A stretch of DNA of 63,110 nt, filler included, from 10 parts of 10 records of this genome joined end to end with filler, not necessarily neighbours in it, one strand, 5' to 3'. Counted from the first letter of the whole stretch, positions 1 through 12,204 are shown. Program-made: numbers and translations. Notes: generated by a model not told the origin, from the letters alone.

Positions 1-100
1 TACTGGCCGCAACCCGCAGACCGGTAAAGAAATCAAAATTGCCGCAGCTAACGTACCGGCATTTGTTTCTGGCAAGGCACTGAAAGACGCAGTTAAGTAA
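1..100 (+). CDS. hupA: HU alpha subunit, 3' partial
   Basis: Frame 2 reads [32 protein letters not shown] then TAA at 98-100, the HU C-terminus. Confidence 0.95.
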
Positions 101-112
101 GATTGCGTGGCA

Positions 113-808
113 GTGAACAGTTTTAACGAAGGGGTGGTTTCACCCCTTTTGTCTTTCTGGCGTCGATCATTGATGCTGGCTGGCGCTCTGCTTCTCACTG
201 CCTGTAGTCATAACTCTTCACTTCCTCCCTTTACCGCCAGTGGATTTGCTGAAGACCAGGGCGCGGTACGCATCTGGCGAAAAGACAGCGGCGATAATGT
301 GCATCTGCTTGCCGTGTTTAGCCCGTGGCGCAGTGGCGATACCACGACGCGAGAGTATCGCTGGCAGGGCGATAACCTCACGCTCATCAATATCAATGTT
401 TACAGCAAACCGCCGGTGAATATTCGCGCGCGTTTTGACGATCGCGGTGATCTGAGCTTTATGCAACGTGAATCCGATGGGGAAAAGCAGCAGCTTTCTA
501 ACGACCAAATCGATTTATACCGTTATCGTGCTGATCAGATCCGCCAGATTAGCGATGCCTTACGTCAGGGGAGAGTCGTGCTGCGCCAGGGGCGCTGGCA
601 TGCGATGGAACAGACCGTGACCACCTGCGAAGGGCAAACCATTAAACCTGATTTAGATTCGCAGGCGATAGCGCATATCGAGCGCCGCCAGAGCCGCTCT
701 TCTGTTGATGTCAGCGTGGCATGGCTGGAAGCGCCCGAAGGTTCGCAATTACTGTTAGTGGCAAACTCTGATTTCTGTCGCTGGCAACCCAACGAGAAAA
801 CGTTCTGA
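113..808 (+). CDS. yjaH: DUF1481 family putative lipoprotein YjaH
   Basis: ORF with lipobox-like LLTAC; lies between hupA and zraP as in E. coli. Confidence 0.9.
   Translation: MNSFNEGVVSPLLSFWRRSLMLAGALLLTACSHNSSLPPFTASGFAEDQGAVRIWRKDSGDNVHLLAVFSPWRSGDTTTREYRWQGDNLTLININVYSKPPVNIRARFDDRGDLSFMQRESDGEKQQLSNDQIDLYRYRADQIRQISDALRQGRVVLRQGRWHAMEQTVTTCEGQTIKPDLDSQAIAHIERRQSRSSVDVSVAWLEAPEGSQLLLVANSDFCRWQPNEKTF
129..150 (+). terminator. Intrinsic terminator after hupA
   Basis: GGGGTG-gttt-CACCCC hairpin followed by TTTT. Confidence 0.6.
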
Positions 809-809
809 T

Positions 810-1235
810 TTACCAGTGGCCCATACCCATATGACCGCCACCACCGCAGCCGCCGTAGCCCATGCCCATTCCGGCTCCGCGCGGAATACCCGCTTCAGCC
901 ATCGCGATATCTCGTTTCACCCGTAACTCATCTAACGACTGACGCAAATTCTCCATCTCTTTGGCGACCGCGTTAATTTTGCTGCTATCCGGTGGGTTCG
1001 CGGCTAACAGGGCATTGTATTCATAACGCTTCGTCACCAGTTGCTGTTGCAGTGCGCTGCTTTGAGCGTAAAAGTCATTATGGATTTTCTGCCACGCTGT
1101 CTGTTGTTCGCTGGTCAAAGGCGCGGCATTTTGCTGCCACATACCGTGTCCGCCGTGAGCAAATGCAGATGTCGATCCCATCGCCATTGCTGAAAGCGCC
1201 ATCATTACCAGGGCAATTTTCGTGTTCCGTTTCAT
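810..1235 (-). CDS. zraP: Periplasmic zinc-responsive chaperone ZraP
   Basis: MKRNTKIALV signal peptide, HGGHGM motif and Gly-rich C-terminus; ATG at 1235. Confidence 0.95.
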   Translation of the reverse strand: MKRNTKIALVMMALSAMAMGSTSAFAHGGHGMWQQNAAPLTSEQQTAWQKIHNDFYAQSSALQQQLVTKRYEYNALLAANPPDSSKINAVAKEMENLRQSLDELRVKRDIAMAEAGIPRGAGMGMGYGGCGGGGHMGMGHW

Positions 1236-1269
1236 GGTTAATCCTCCAGTGGTTGTCTTACTTCGGGTA

Positions 1270-1286
1270 TTGCATCTTCCGTGCCA
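1270..1286 (-). promoter_or_regulatory. Sigma54 -24/-12 promoter of zraP
   Basis: Minus strand TGGCACGGAAGATGCAA with GG-N10-GC spacing. Confidence 0.8.
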
Positions 1287-1328
1287 ACGATGAAACGCTG
1301 ATATGACGGGTAATCTGGCATGATAAAC

Positions 1329-1374
1329 GAGTAAAAATGACTCGCCTGCTGCGGGTAGCGAGTCATTTTTACTC
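1329..1374. promoter_or_regulatory. ZraR binding sites (17-bp inverted repeat)
   Basis: GAGTAAAAATGACTCGC-N12-GCGAGTCATTTTTACTC perfect inverted repeat between zraP and zraS. Confidence 0.8.
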
Positions 1375-1425
1375 ATTGAAACTTAAGCCTTTGTGTTACA
1401 GCGCAGGGTAAGCGCTGATAAAAGA

Positions 1426-1441
1426 TGGCATGATTTCTGCT
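1426..1441 (+). promoter_or_regulatory. Sigma54 -24/-12 promoter of zraSR
   Basis: TGGCATGATTTCTGCT with GG-N10-GC spacing. Confidence 0.8.
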
Positions 1442-1472
1442 GTCAGAAAGGGATGAGCAGGCAAAGAAGAAG

Positions 1473-2870
1473 ATGCGTTTTATGCAACGTTCTAAAGACT
1501 CCTTAGCTAAATGGTTAAGCGCGATCCTCCCCGTGGTCATTGTTGGGCTGGTGGGATTGTTTGCGGTAACTGTGATTCGTGATTATGGGCGGGCAAGCGA
1601 GGCAGACCGCCAGGCATTACTGGAAAAAGGTAATGTGCTTATCCGCGCTCTGGAGTCGGGAAGCCGCGTAGGGATGGGGATGCGAATGCACCATGTACAG
1701 CAACAGGCGCTTCTGGAAGAGATGGCGGGACAGCCGGGAGTGTTGTGGTTCGCAGTCACCGATGCGCAGGGCATCATTATTCTTCATAGCGACCCCGATA
1801 AGGTCGGGCGTGCGCTCTATTCGCCGGATGAAATGCAGAAATTAAAGCCAGAGGAAAACTCCCGCTGGCGGCTGCTTGGGAAAACGGAAACTACGCCTGC
1901 ACTTGAGGTCTATCGTTTGTTCCAGCCAATGTCAGCGCCCTGGCGGCATGGAATGCACAATATGCCGCGCTGTAACGGCAAAGCTGTGCCACAAGTAGAT
2001 GCACAACAGGCTATTTTTATCGCCGTTGATGCCAGTGATCTGGTTGCAACCCAGAGTGGGGAAAAGCGCAATACCCTGATTATCCTCTTCGCCCTGGCGA
2101 CGGTCTTGCTGGCAAGCGTATTGTCATTCTTCTGGTATCGCCGCTATCTGCGCTCGCGCCAGCTTCTACAAGATGAAATGAAGCGCAAAGAGAAGCTGGT
2201 GGCGCTGGGGCATCTTGCGGCAGGCGTTGCCCACGAAATCCGTAACCCACTTTCCTCGATTAAAGGACTGGCGAAATACTTTGCCGAGCGCGCGCCTGCA
2301 GGGGGAGAAGCGCATCAACTGGCGCAGGTGATGGCGAAAGAGGCCGACCGTTTAAACCGCGTGGTAAGCGAGTTGCTGGAACTGGTTAAGCCAACGCATC
2401 TGGCTTTGCAGGCGGTGGATCTCAACACGCTGATTAACCACTCATTACAGCTGGTAAGTCAGGATGCAAACAGCCGGGAGATCCAGTTACGCTTTACCGC
2501 CAACGACACATTACCGGAAATTCAGGCCGACCCGGACAGGCTGACTCAGGTCCTGTTGAATCTCTATCTCAATGCTATTCAGGCGATTGGTCAGCATGGC
2601 GTGATTAGCGTGACGGCCAGCGAAAGCGGCGCGGGCGTGAAAATCAGCGTTACCGACAGCGGTAAGGGAATTGCGGCAGATCAGCTTGATGCCATCTTCA
2701 CTCCGTACTTCACCACTAAAGCCGAAGGCACCGGATTGGGGCTGGCGGTCGTGCATAATATTGTTGAACAACACGGTGGTACAATTCAGGTCGCAAGCCA
2801 GGAGGGAAAAGGCTCAACGTTCACCCTCTGGCTTCCGGTCAATATTACGCGTAAGGACCCACAAGGATGA
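1473..2870 (+). CDS. zraS: Sensor histidine kinase ZraS
   Basis: Two TM segments, H-box AHEIRNPL, N/G boxes. Confidence 0.97.
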   Translation: MRFMQRSKDSLAKWLSAILPVVIVGLVGLFAVTVIRDYGRASEADRQALLEKGNVLIRALESGSRVGMGMRMHHVQQQALLEEMAGQPGVLWFAVTDAQGIIILHSDPDKVGRALYSPDEMQKLKPEENSRWRLLGKTETTPALEVYRLFQPMSAPWRHGMHNMPRCNGKAVPQVDAQQAIFIAVDASDLVATQSGEKRNTLIILFALATVLLASVLSFFWYRRYLRSRQLLQDEMKRKEKLVALGHLAAGVAHEIRNPLSSIKGLAKYFAERAPAGGEAHQLAQVMAKEADRLNRVVSELLELVKPTHLALQAVDLNTLINHSLQLVSQDANSREIQLRFTANDTLPEIQADPDRLTQVLLNLYLNAIQAIGQHGVISVTASESGAGVKISVTDSGKGIAADQLDAIFTPYFTTKAEGTGLGLAVVHNIVEQHGGTIQVASQEGKGSTFTLWLPVNITRKDPQG

Positions 2871-4192
2871 CGCACGATAATATCGATATTCTGGTGGTGG
2901 ATGATGACATTAGCCACTGCACTATTTTGCAGGCTTTACTGCGCGGCTGGGGCTATAACGTCGCGCTGGCGAACAGCGGGCGACAGGCGTTGGAGCAGGT
3001 GCGGGAACAGGTTTTTGATCTTGTGCTTTGCGATGTGCGAATGGCGGAGATGGACGGCATCGCCACGCTGAAAGAGATCAAAGCGTTAAACCCGGCAATT
3101 CCGGTGCTGATTATGACTGCGTACTCCAGCGTCGAGACGGCGGTAGAGGCACTGAAAACTGGGGCGCTGGATTATCTCATCAAGCCGCTGGATTTCGATA
3201 ACCTACAGGCGACGCTGGAAAAAGCGCTCGCGCATACGCACAGTATTGATGCTGAAACACCTGCGGTGACTGCCAGCCAGTTCGGTATGGTCGGTAAAAG
3301 CCCGGCGATGCAACACCTGCTCAGTGAAATCGCCCTCGTCGCGCCATCGGAAGCCACGGTACTGATCCACGGCGATTCCGGCACCGGTAAAGAGCTGGTC
3401 GCCAGGGCGATTCACGCCAGTAGCGCACGTAGCGAAAAACCGCTGGTAACGCTCAACTGTGCGGCACTCAACGAATCCTTGCTGGAATCTGAATTGTTCG
3501 GTCACGAAAAAGGGGCGTTTACTGGAGCCGATAAACGCCGGGAAGGGCGCTTTGTTGAGGCGGACGGCGGCACGCTGTTTCTCGATGAAATTGGCGATAT
3601 CTCGCCGATGATGCAGGTGCGTCTGCTGCGTGCGATTCAGGAGCGCGAAGTTCAGCGTGTCGGTAGCAACCAGATTATCTCGGTTGATGTCCGGCTGATT
3701 GCGGCGACCCATCGCGATCTTGCCGCAGAGGTGAATGCCGGGCGTTTTCGCCAGGATCTCTACTATCGCCTGAATGTGGTGGCGATTGAAGTACCATCGC
3801 TGCGGCAACGGCGGGAAGATATCCCTCTGCTGGCTGGCCATTTTCTGCAGCGCTTTGCCGAGCGTAATCGCAAGGCGGTAAAAGGTTTTACGCCCCAGGC
3901 GATGGATCTGTTGATTCATTACGACTGGCCGGGAAATATTCGTGAGCTGGAAAACGCGGTGGAACGGGCAGTGGTGCTGCTGACCGGGGAATATATTTCC
4001 GAACGCGAGCTGCCGCTGGCGATTGCCAGTACGCCGATCCCGCTGGGACAAAGTCAGGATATTCAGCCGTTGGTGGAAGTGGAAAAAGAGGTGATTCTGG
4101 CGGCGCTGGAGAAAACGGGCGGCAACAAAACCGAAGCCGCCCGTCAGTTAGGGATCACGCGCAAAACGCTATTGGCAAAACTGTCGCGTTAG
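2867..4192 (+). CDS. zraR: Sigma54-dependent response regulator ZraR
   Basis: Receiver domain, AAA+ domain with GAFTGA, Fis-type HTH. Confidence 0.97.
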   Translation: MTHDNIDILVVDDDISHCTILQALLRGWGYNVALANSGRQALEQVREQVFDLVLCDVRMAEMDGIATLKEIKALNPAIPVLIMTAYSSVETAVEALKTGALDYLIKPLDFDNLQATLEKALAHTHSIDAETPAVTASQFGMVGKSPAMQHLLSEIALVAPSEATVLIHGDSGTGKELVARAIHASSARSEKPLVTLNCAALNESLLESELFGHEKGAFTGADKRREGRFVEADGGTLFLDEIGDISPMMQVRLLRAIQEREVQRVGSNQIISVDVRLIAATHRDLAAEVNAGRFRQDLYYRLNVVAIEVPSLRQRREDIPLLAGHFLQRFAERNRKAVKGFTPQAMDLLIHYDWPGNIRELENAVERAVVLLTGEYISERELPLAIASTPIPLGQSQDIQPLVEVEKEVILAALEKTGGNKTEAARQLGITRKTLLAKLSR

Positions 4193-5478
4193 TTCTGCTC
4201 GCGTTCGATAGCGCGCCAGCCGATATCTTTCCGGCAGAAGCAGTCGTCCCAGTGGATATCGGTCATTAAGGCATAGGCGCGTTTCTGCGCTTCTGCCACG
4301 GTATGACCCAGCGCGGTGACGCACAGTACGCGCCCGCCGTTGGTCACTACCTGCTCGTCATCCGCCAGTTTTGTGCCCGCGTGGAACACTTTGCCGCCTG
4401 CCACTTCTTCCAGCGGCAGGCCGTGGATCACGTCACCGGTGCGGTAATCACCCGGATATCCACCCGCAGCCATCACCACGCCGAGAGAAGCGCGTTCATC
4501 CCACTCGGACGTTTTCTCGTCCAGTTTGCTTTCACAGGCCGCCAGGCAGAGCTCAACCAGATCGGACTTCATGCGCAGCATAATCGGCTGGGTTTCCGGA
4601 TCGCCAAAGCGGCAGTTAAATTCAATAACCTTCGGATTGCCCTGTTTGTCGATCATCAGGCCCGCGTAGAGAAAACCGGTGTAGGTGTTGCCTTCCGCCG
4701 CCATGCCTTTCACGGTTGGCCAGATAATACGTTCCATGGTGCGCTGATGAACGTCATCGGTTACTACCGGCGCGGGGGAGTAAGCGCCCATCCCGCCGGT
4801 GTTTGGTCCGGTATCTTTATCGCCTACGCGTTTGTGATCCTGGCTGGTAGCCATCGGCAGCACATGCTCGCCGTCCACCATCACGATAAAGCTCGCTTCT
4901 TCGCCATCGAGGAACTCTTCGATAACGATGCGATGACCCGCGTCGCCAAAAGCGTTGCCCGCCAGCATATCGTGAACAGCCGCTTCCGCTTCTTCCAGCG
5001 TCATCGCCACGATAACGCCTTTCCCGGCAGCCAGACCGTCCGCTTTAATGACGATTGGCGCGCCTTTCTCACGCAGATACGCCAGCGCAGGTTCTACCTC
5101 GGTGAAGTTCTGGTATTCCGCCGTAGGGATCTTATGGCGGGCCAGGAAATCTTTGGTAAACGCTTTTGAGCCTTCCAGTTGGGCCGCACCTGCGGTTGGG
5201 CCGAAGATTTTCAGCCCGGCGGCGCGGAAGGTATCGACCACGCCTTTCACCAGCGGCGCTTCCGGGCCGACGATGGTCAGATCAATCTTTTCGTTTTGTG
5301 CGAAATCCAACAGCGCCGGGATATCGGTCACGCCAATAGCAACGTTTTGCAGCGCGGGTTCCAGTGCAGTGCCTGCATTACCCGGAGCAACAAAAACAGT
5401 CTCAACCAGCGGCGACTGGGCCGCTTTCCAGGCCAGCGCGTGCTCGCGCCCGCCGTTACCAATCACTAATACTTTCAT
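4189..5478 (-). CDS. purD: Phosphoribosylamine-glycine ligase
   Basis: MKVLVIGNGGREHALAW start, ATP-grasp motifs. Confidence 0.98.
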   Translation of the reverse strand: MKVLVIGNGGREHALAWKAAQSPLVETVFVAPGNAGTALEPALQNVAIGVTDIPALLDFAQNEKIDLTIVGPEAPLVKGVVDTFRAAGLKIFGPTAGAAQLEGSKAFTKDFLARHKIPTAEYQNFTEVEPALAYLREKGAPIVIKADGLAAGKGVIVAMTLEEAEAAVHDMLAGNAFGDAGHRIVIEEFLDGEEASFIVMVDGEHVLPMATSQDHKRVGDKDTGPNTGGMGAYSPAPVVTDDVHQRTMERIIWPTVKGMAAEGNTYTGFLYAGLMIDKQGNPKVIEFNCRFGDPETQPIMLRMKSDLVELCLAACESKLDEKTSEWDERASLGVVMAAGGYPGDYRTGDVIHGLPLEEVAGGKVFHAGTKLADDEQVVTNGGRVLCVTALGHTVAEAQKRAYALMTDIHWDDCFCRKDIGWRAIEREQN

Positions 5479-5489
5479 CTATTGCTCCA

Positions 5490-7079
5490 TTAATGGCGGA
5501 AGTGGCGCATGTCGGTGAAGAGCATCGCAATACCGTGCTCGTCGGCGGCGGCAATCACTTCGTCATCACGGATAGAACCGCCAGGCTGGATTACGCAGGT
5601 CACGCCCGCAGCGGCGGCGGCATCAATACCGTCGCGGAACGGGAAGAACGCGTCAGAAGCCATCGAGGAACCTTTCACTTCCAGGCCTTCATCGGCCGCT
5701 TTAATACCGGCGATTTTTGCGGAGTACACGCGGCTCATCTGGCCCGCGCCAATGCCGATAGTCATATTGTTTTTGGCATAGACGATAGCGTTGGATTTCA
5801 CAAACTTCGCCACCTTCCAGCAGAACAGCGCATCACGCAGTTCCTGTTCGCTCGGCTGACGTTTGGTCACCACGCGCAGTTCTTCCGCACCGACCATCCC
5901 CAGGTCACGATCCTGAACCAGCAGACCGCCGTTCACGCGTTTGAAATCGAGGCCCGGAACACGCTCGCCCCACTGACCGCAGGTCAGAACGCGTACGTTC
6001 TGTTTGGCGGCGGTGATTTTCAGGGCTTCTTCGCTGGCGGACGGCGCAATAATCACTTCGACAAACTGACGAGAAATGATGGCCTGTGCGGTTTCCGCAT
6101 CCAGCTCGCGGTTAAAGGCAATGATGCCGCCGAATGCGGAGGTTGGGTCGGTTTTGTACGCGCGATCGTAAGCATCAAGAATGGAATTGCCGATAGCCAC
6201 GCCGCAAGGGTTGGCGTGCTTCACAATCACACATGCCGGCTCGGCGAACTCTTTCACGCACTCCAGCGCCGCATCGGTATCGGCGATGTTGTTATAAGAG
6301 AGGGCTTTACCCTGAACCTGGGTTGCGGTAGCAACGGAGGCTTCTTTCACATTCTCTTCTATATAGAAGGCAGCCTGCTGGTGGCTGTTCTCGCCGTAAC
6401 GCATATCCAGCTTCTTAATGAAGTTCAGGTTCAGCGTGCGTGGGAAGCGACCGGCGGCTTCTTTGCTTTCACCGTGGTAAGCCGGAACCATGCTGCCGAA
6501 GTAGTTGGCAATCATGCTGTCGTAGGCGGCAGTGTGTTCGAAGGCTTTGATGGCGAGGTCGAAACGGGTTGCAAGCGTCAGCGATCCTTCGTTGTCATCC
6601 ATCTCTTTAATAATGGCGTCATAGTCGCTGCTCTTCACCACGATTGCGACATCTTTATGGTTCTTGGCGGCGGAGCGCACCATCGTTGGGCCGCCGATAT
6701 CGATGTTCTCAACCGCATCTTCCAGCGAGCAACCTTCACGGGCCACGGTCTGGGCGAACGGATACAGGTTAACAACCACCATATCGATAGGCTGGATCTG
6801 ATGTTCTTCCATAATGGCATCGTCCTGGCCGCGACGGCCCAGAATGCCACCATGTACTTTCGGATGCAGGGTCTTCACGCGTCCATCCATCATCTCCGGG
6901 AAACCGGTGTAATCGGAAACTTCGGTTACCGGCAGACCTTTTTCTGCTAACAGACGGGCAGTGCCCCCTGTAGACAGCAGCTCCACACCGCGTGCGGAAA
7001 GTGCCTGGGCGAATTCGACGATACCGGCTTTGTCAGAAACACTGAGCAGAGCGCGGCGGACTGGACGACGTTGTTGCAT
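5490..7079 (-). CDS. purH: Bifunctional AICAR transformylase/IMP cyclohydrolase
   Basis: [29 protein letters not shown] motifs. Confidence 0.98.
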
Positions 7080-7186
7080 GGTAAATCCCCTGGATTTGAC
7101 TATTACAGAGAGCGTTAGCTGAATTTTTCGCGAAAAACTCAGCTAACGCCCCTAACGGGGCATCCTTATTTTTCGCCCGCATTGTA

Positions 7187-7202
7187 ACGAAAACGTTTGC
7201 GC
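7187..7202. promoter_or_regulatory. PurR operator of purHD
   Basis: ACGAAAACGTTTGCGC matches the PUR box consensus upstream of purH. Confidence 0.85.
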
Positions 7203-7288
7203 AACGCTCGCGAATTTTTCTCTTTCAATGGTGATCACAATTTTGACTGTGGTTACCGTGGGCAAAATACAGAAATTACATTGATGAT

Positions 7289-7297
7289 TGTGGATAA
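7289..7297 (-). promoter_or_regulatory. Consensus DnaA box
   Basis: TGTGGATAA, reverse complement of TTATCCACA. Confidence 0.5.
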
Positions 7298-7349
7298 CTC
7301 TGTGCGTAAAAAGGTATAAAGCGGGCTTTTGCTGGGGAATGCAGCAGTC

Positions 7350-7419
7350 AGTCATTTTTCTGCAATTTTTCTATTGCGGCCTGCGGAGAACTCCCTATAA
7401 TGCGCCTCCATCGACACGG
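7350..7419 (+). promoter_or_regulatory. rRNA operon (rrnE) P1 promoter; contig ends here
   Basis: AT-rich UP region, -35 TTGCGG (7374), -10 TATAAT (7396), GC-rich discriminator GCGCCTCC; divergent from purH as rrnE is in E. coli. Confidence 0.85.
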
Positions 7420-7519
7420 NNNNNNNNNNNNNNNNNNNNNNNNNNNNNNNNNNNNNNNNNNNNTTAATTAATTAANNNNNNNNNNNNNNNNNNNNNNNNN
7501 NNNNNNNNNNNNNNNNNNN
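7420..7519. other. Artificial contig spacer
   Basis: 44 N + TTAATTAATTAA (stops in all six frames) + 44 N. Confidence 0.99.
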
Positions 7520-8310
7520 AGTGGTGCGCCGTGCGCCTCTTCCTTACCTGCTTTATTCGGCGAACCAAAGCCAATCACCGTACGGCAGATAATCAGCGAC
7601 GGCTTATCTTTCACGCTTTGCGCTTCAAGGATCGCTTCCTTCACCGCCTGCGGATCGTGACCGTCGATTTCATGGATCACATGCCAGTGATAGGCTTCAA
7701 AACGTTTTGCCGTATCGTCGGTAAACCAGCCTTCTGTTTCACCGTCGATGGAAATACCGTTGTGATCGTAAAAACCAATCAGCTTGCCCAGTCCCAGCGT
7801 GCCTGCCAGCGAACAGACTTCGTGGGAAATACCTTCCATCAGGCAGCCGTCGCCCATAAACACATAGGTGAAGTGATCGACGATCTCATGGTCTGGCTGG
7901 TTAAACTGCGCCGCCAGTGTACGCTCTGCTATCGCCAGCCCGACGGCGTTCGCCAAACCTTGTCCAAGCGGGCCGGTGGTGGTTTCAACGCCTGGCGTAT
8001 AGCCAATCTCCGGGTGGCCTGGGGTTTTCGAATGCAACTGACGGAAGTTCTTCAGTTCTTCCAGCGGCAGGTCGTAACCGGTCAGATGTAGCAAACTGTA
8101 GAGCAGCATCGACGCGTGACCGTTGGAAAGAATAAAGCGGTCGCGATCATACCAGGTTGGGTCGGTAGGGTTATGTTTAAGAAAATCGTTCCACAGCACT
8201 TCGGCAATATCAGCCATGCCCATCGGCGCGCCGGGATGACCAGAGTTGGCTTTTTGTACCGCATCCATACTGAGTGCGCGAATCGCATTGGCAAGGTCTT
8301 TTCGGGACAT
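7520..8310 (-). CDS. tktB: Transketolase 2, 5' partial
   Basis: [27 protein letters not shown] start, TPP motif GDGCLMEG; cut by the spacer. Confidence 0.95.
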
Positions 8311-8329
8311 ATAACACTCCGTGGCTGGT

Positions 8330-9280
8330 TTATAGTTTGGCGGCAAGAAGATCTTCCAGTTTGCGTTGATCAACGGCGAACAGACGAATGCCTTCAGACA
8401 GTTTTTCTACCGCCATCGCATCCTGATTGTGCTCCCAACGGAACTCCGCTTCGCTCATGGGAGCTGGGCGTGGGAACGTCTGAGAAGGTGGGATTAATTT
8501 ACGTACCACTGGCGAAACTTTTTCCTGCAGCTCCTTCAGTAAATTCGGTGCGATAGTCAGTCGATCGCAGCCGGTTAAGGCGAGGATTTGTTCGGTGCGA
8601 CGGAAGCTCGCGCCCATCACAATGGTTTCATAGTGGTGTTGCTTATAGTAGTCGTAGATATTGCGCACCGATTTAACGCCCGGATCTTCTTCCACCACAT
8701 ACGGGTCCATCGGCTTGCGTGCCTGATACCAGTCATAAATACGCCCGACAAACGGCGAAATCAGAAAAACGCCTGCTTCCGCACAGGCCCGTGCCTGTGC
8801 AAAAGAAAACAGCAGCGTCAGGTTGCAGTTAATACCTTCTTTTTCCAGCTCTTCTGCCGCGCGAATTCCTTCCCAGGTCGAAGCCAGCTTGATCAGAATG
8901 CGTGATTTCTCAACGCCTTGTTGCTGATACAAGTCCACCAGATGGCGCGCCTTCTCAATACTCTTTTCTTTATCAAAAGAGAGGCGTGCATCAACTTCTG
9001 TTGACACGCGACCGGGTACGATTTTGAGGATTTCAGCACCGAAATTGACCGCCAGTTTGTCACACGCTGCGACCACCTGTTGTTCCTGGGTCTTGCCATT
9101 TTTTTTACCCCAGGCGATAGCATCGTCTATTAAATGCTCATATTGTGATAATCCGGCAGCTTTGAGTAACAGCGAAGGATTGGTGGTGGCATCCTGGGGA
9201 TGATAATGGCGAATGGACTCAATATCGCCGCTGTCTGCCACGACAGTGGTGAACTGTTTGATGCCGTCTAACTCGTTCAT
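8330..9280 (-). CDS. talA: Transaldolase A
   Basis: DATTNPSL and [12 protein letters not shown] motifs; upstream of tktB. Confidence 0.97.
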   Translation of the reverse strand: MNELDGIKQFTTVVADSGDIESIRHYHPQDATTNPSLLLKAAGLSQYEHLIDDAIAWGKKNGKTQEQQVVAACDKLAVNFGAEILKIVPGRVSTEVDARLSFDKEKSIEKARHLVDLYQQQGVEKSRILIKLASTWEGIRAAEELEKEGINCNLTLLFSFAQARACAEAGVFLISPFVGRIYDWYQARKPMDPYVVEEDPGVKSVRNIYDYYKQHHYETIVMGASFRRTEQILALTGCDRLTIAPNLLKELQEKVSPVVRKLIPPSQTFPRPAPMSEAEFRWEHNQDAMAVEKLSEGIRLFAVDQRKLEDLLAAKL

Positions 9281-9568
9281 AGGAAATACTCCTTGAAAAG
9301 TAAAGTGTTAGATGAGTGCGTTAATTCACACTTCTGAGAAATTTCGCTAAACGCATCAAAAAAGCATAGCAGACAGGCATGGTATTGCTGGATTAAGCAG
9401 GTAACATCAGTGTTATAGGATTATTACCAAAACATTATATTAATGGTGAGAGTTTGGACTTGCTCAAAGTCTGTAGACTCCGGCAGGGTAATAATGTGCG
9501 CCACGTTGTGGGCAGGGGCTGTTGCCCACACACTTTATTTGTGAACGTTACGTGAAAGGAACAACCAA

Positions 9569-11430
9569 ATGGATGACCAGTTAAAACAAAGTGCACTTGA
9601 TTTCCATGAATTTCCAGTTCCAGGGAAAATCCAGGTTTCTCCAACCAAGCCTCTGGCAACACAGCGCGATCTGGCGCTGGCCTACTCACCAGGCGTTGCC
9701 GCACCTTGTCTTGAAATCGAAAAAGACCCGTTAAAAGCCTACAAATATACCGCCCGAGGTAACCTGGTGGCGGTGATCTCTAACGGTACGGCGGTGCTGG
9801 GGTTAGGCAACATTGGCGCGCTGGCAGGCAAACCGGTGATGGAAGGCAAGGGCGTTCTGTTTAAGAAATTCGCCGGGATTGATGTATTTGACATTGAAGT
9901 TGACGAACTCGACCCGGACAAATTTATTGAAGTTGTCGCCGCGCTCGAACCAACCTTCGGCGGCATCAACCTCGAAGACATTAAAGCGCCAGAATGTTTC
10001 TATATTGAACAGAAACTGCGCGAGCGGATGAATATTCCGGTATTCCACGACGATCAGCACGGCACGGCAATTATCAGCACTGCCGCCATCCTCAACGGCT
10101 TGCGCGTGGTGGAGAAAAACATCTCCGACGTGCGGATGGTGGTTTCCGGCGCGGGTGCCGCAGCAATCGCCTGTATGAACCTGCTGGTAGCGCTGGGTCT
10201 GCAAAAACATAACATCGTGGTTTGCGATTCAAAAGGCGTTATCTATCAGGGCCGTGAGCCAAACATGGCGGAAACCAAAGCCGCATATGCGGTGGTGGAT
10301 GACGGCAAACGTACCCTCGATGATGTGATTGAAGGCGCGGATATTTTCCTGGGCTGTTCCGGCCCGAAAGTGCTGACCCAGGAAATGGTGAAGAAAATGG
10401 CTCGTGCGCCAATGATCCTGGCGCTGGCGAACCCGGAACCGGAAATTCTGCCGCCGCTGGCGAAAGAAGTGCGTCCGGATGCCATCATTTGCACCGGTCG
10501 TTCTGACTATCCGAACCAGGTGAACAACGTCCTGTGCTTCCCGTTCATCTTCCGTGGCGCGCTGGACGTTGGCGCAACCGCCATCAACGAAGAGATGAAA
10601 CTGGCGGCGGTACGTGCGATTGCAGAACTCGCCCATGCGGAACAGAGCGAAGTGGTGGCTTCAGCGTATGGCGATCAGGATCTGAGCTTTGGTCCGGAAT
10701 ACATCATTCCAAAACCGTTTGATCCGCGCTTGATCGTTAAGATCGCTCCTGCGGTCGCTAAAGCCGCGATGGAGTCGGGCGTGGCGACTCGTCCGATTGC
10801 TGATTTCGACGTCTACATCGACAAGCTGACTGAGTTCGTTTACAAAACCAACCTGTTTATGAAGCCGATTTTCTCCCAGGCTCGCAAAGCGCCGAAGCGC
10901 GTTGTTCTGCCGGAAGGGGAAGAGGCGCGCGTTCTGCATGCCACTCAGGAACTGGTAACGCTGGGACTGGCGAAACCGATCCTTATCGGTCGTCCGAACG
11001 TGATCGAAATGCGCATTCAGAAACTGGGCTTGCAGATCAAAGCGGGCGTTGATTTTGAGATCGTCAATAACGAATCCGATCCGCGCTTTAAAGAGTACTG
11101 GACCGAATACTTCCAGATCATGAAGCGTCGCGGCGTCACTCAGGAACAGGCGCAGCGGGCGCTGATCAGTAACCCGACAGTGATCGGCGCGATCATGGTT
11201 CAGCGTGGGGAAGCCGATGCAATGATTTGCGGTACGGTGGGTGATTATCATGAACATTTTAGCGTGGTGAAAAATGTCTTTGGTTATCGCGATGGCGTTC
11301 ACACCGCAGGTGCCATGAACGCGCTGCTGCTGCCGAGTGGTAACACCTTTATTGCCGATACATATGTTAATGATGAACCGGATGCAGAAGAGCTGGCGGA
11401 GATCACCTTGATGGCGGCAGAAACTGTCCG
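9569..11430 (+). CDS. maeB: NADP-dependent malic enzyme, 5' partial
   Basis: Malic enzyme domain (FHDDQHGT) followed by a phosphotransacetylase-like domain; cut by the spacer. Confidence 0.96.
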
Positions 11431-11530
11431 NNNNNNNNNNNNNNNNNNNNNNNNNNNNNNNNNNNNNNNNNNNNTTAATTAATTAANNNNNNNNNNNNNN
11501 NNNNNNNNNNNNNNNNNNNNNNNNNNNNNN
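11431..11530. other. Artificial contig spacer
   Basis: 44 N + TTAATTAATTAA + 44 N. Confidence 0.99.
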
Positions 11531-11550
11531 ACACACACACACACACACAC
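11531..11550. repeat. (AC)n microsatellite at the contig end
   Basis: Ten AC units. Confidence 0.9.
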
Positions 11551-11701
11551 GACACATACAATCACAAAACGCATAAGTGAGTATCCAAACACTTAGACTG
11601 CATGGTTGGTACAGTACATCACAAACCCACTCGTCAAATCGTTTCAAGGGAGTAAGAACGGCGCTAGATCATTCCATACACGCACGTACACACACAAAAG
11701 C

Positions 11702-12204
11702 AAGTTATATCTATGAAGATGCGTTTGTGGTGTCCCTGCACCTGCAACACCACACACAGAGGGAACACACACCACAAACACATGACAAAAGCAATCACAC
11801 CATACCTTTGCGTGCGGAACCATTTTCCCGGTCTCTCGGTCAAACACAACACGCCATTCCGGCTTATCGGCATCGTGATGTCCCTCGGTAATGAATGCAC
11901 GCGCACCGCCCTTCTTCGCAAGTTCTGTCAATGGATTGCCGTCAAGCCCATGAATCCAGCTACGGACCGATAAGCACTCAAGATAAGCACGAAGATGGGC
12001 AGCAAAAGATGCGCAAAAGTGAAGAAAAACATACCTAGCGCCCAAACAGACTGTGATGTCTTTCTCCGGCTGCCACATGCAAACACGACCGCCGATTCTC
12101 GATCGAGACTCCAGCACTATGACCGATTCTCCCCCATCTTGGATTTCTTTCGCCGCCGCGAGCCCGGCTACACCAGCGCCCACCACCACGACTGAGTACA
12201 TCAT
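11702..12204 (-). CDS. Eukaryotic flavin-dependent amine oxidase (MAO/PAO/LSD1-like), spliced, 5' part; exons 12204-12035, 11959-11806, 11741-~11702
   Basis: GAGVAG dinucleotide fold and LESRSRIGGR. Removing the GT-AG intron 12034-11960 restores the family motif LGASWIHG..GNPL. Second intron is 11805-11742; downstream exons are uncertain. Confidence 0.8.

Noticed and set aside
3203-6950. Long antisense ORFs (282, 288 and 528 aa) over zraR, purD and purH; similar ones overlie citF, citE and mnmG
   Set aside because: They are shadow frames of codon-biased known genes with no recognisable motifs
7464-7475. Recurring TTAATTAATTAA as a natural repeat or CRISPR-like array
   Set aside because: It is always centred in a fixed run of 88 Ns and is a synthetic six-frame stop linker
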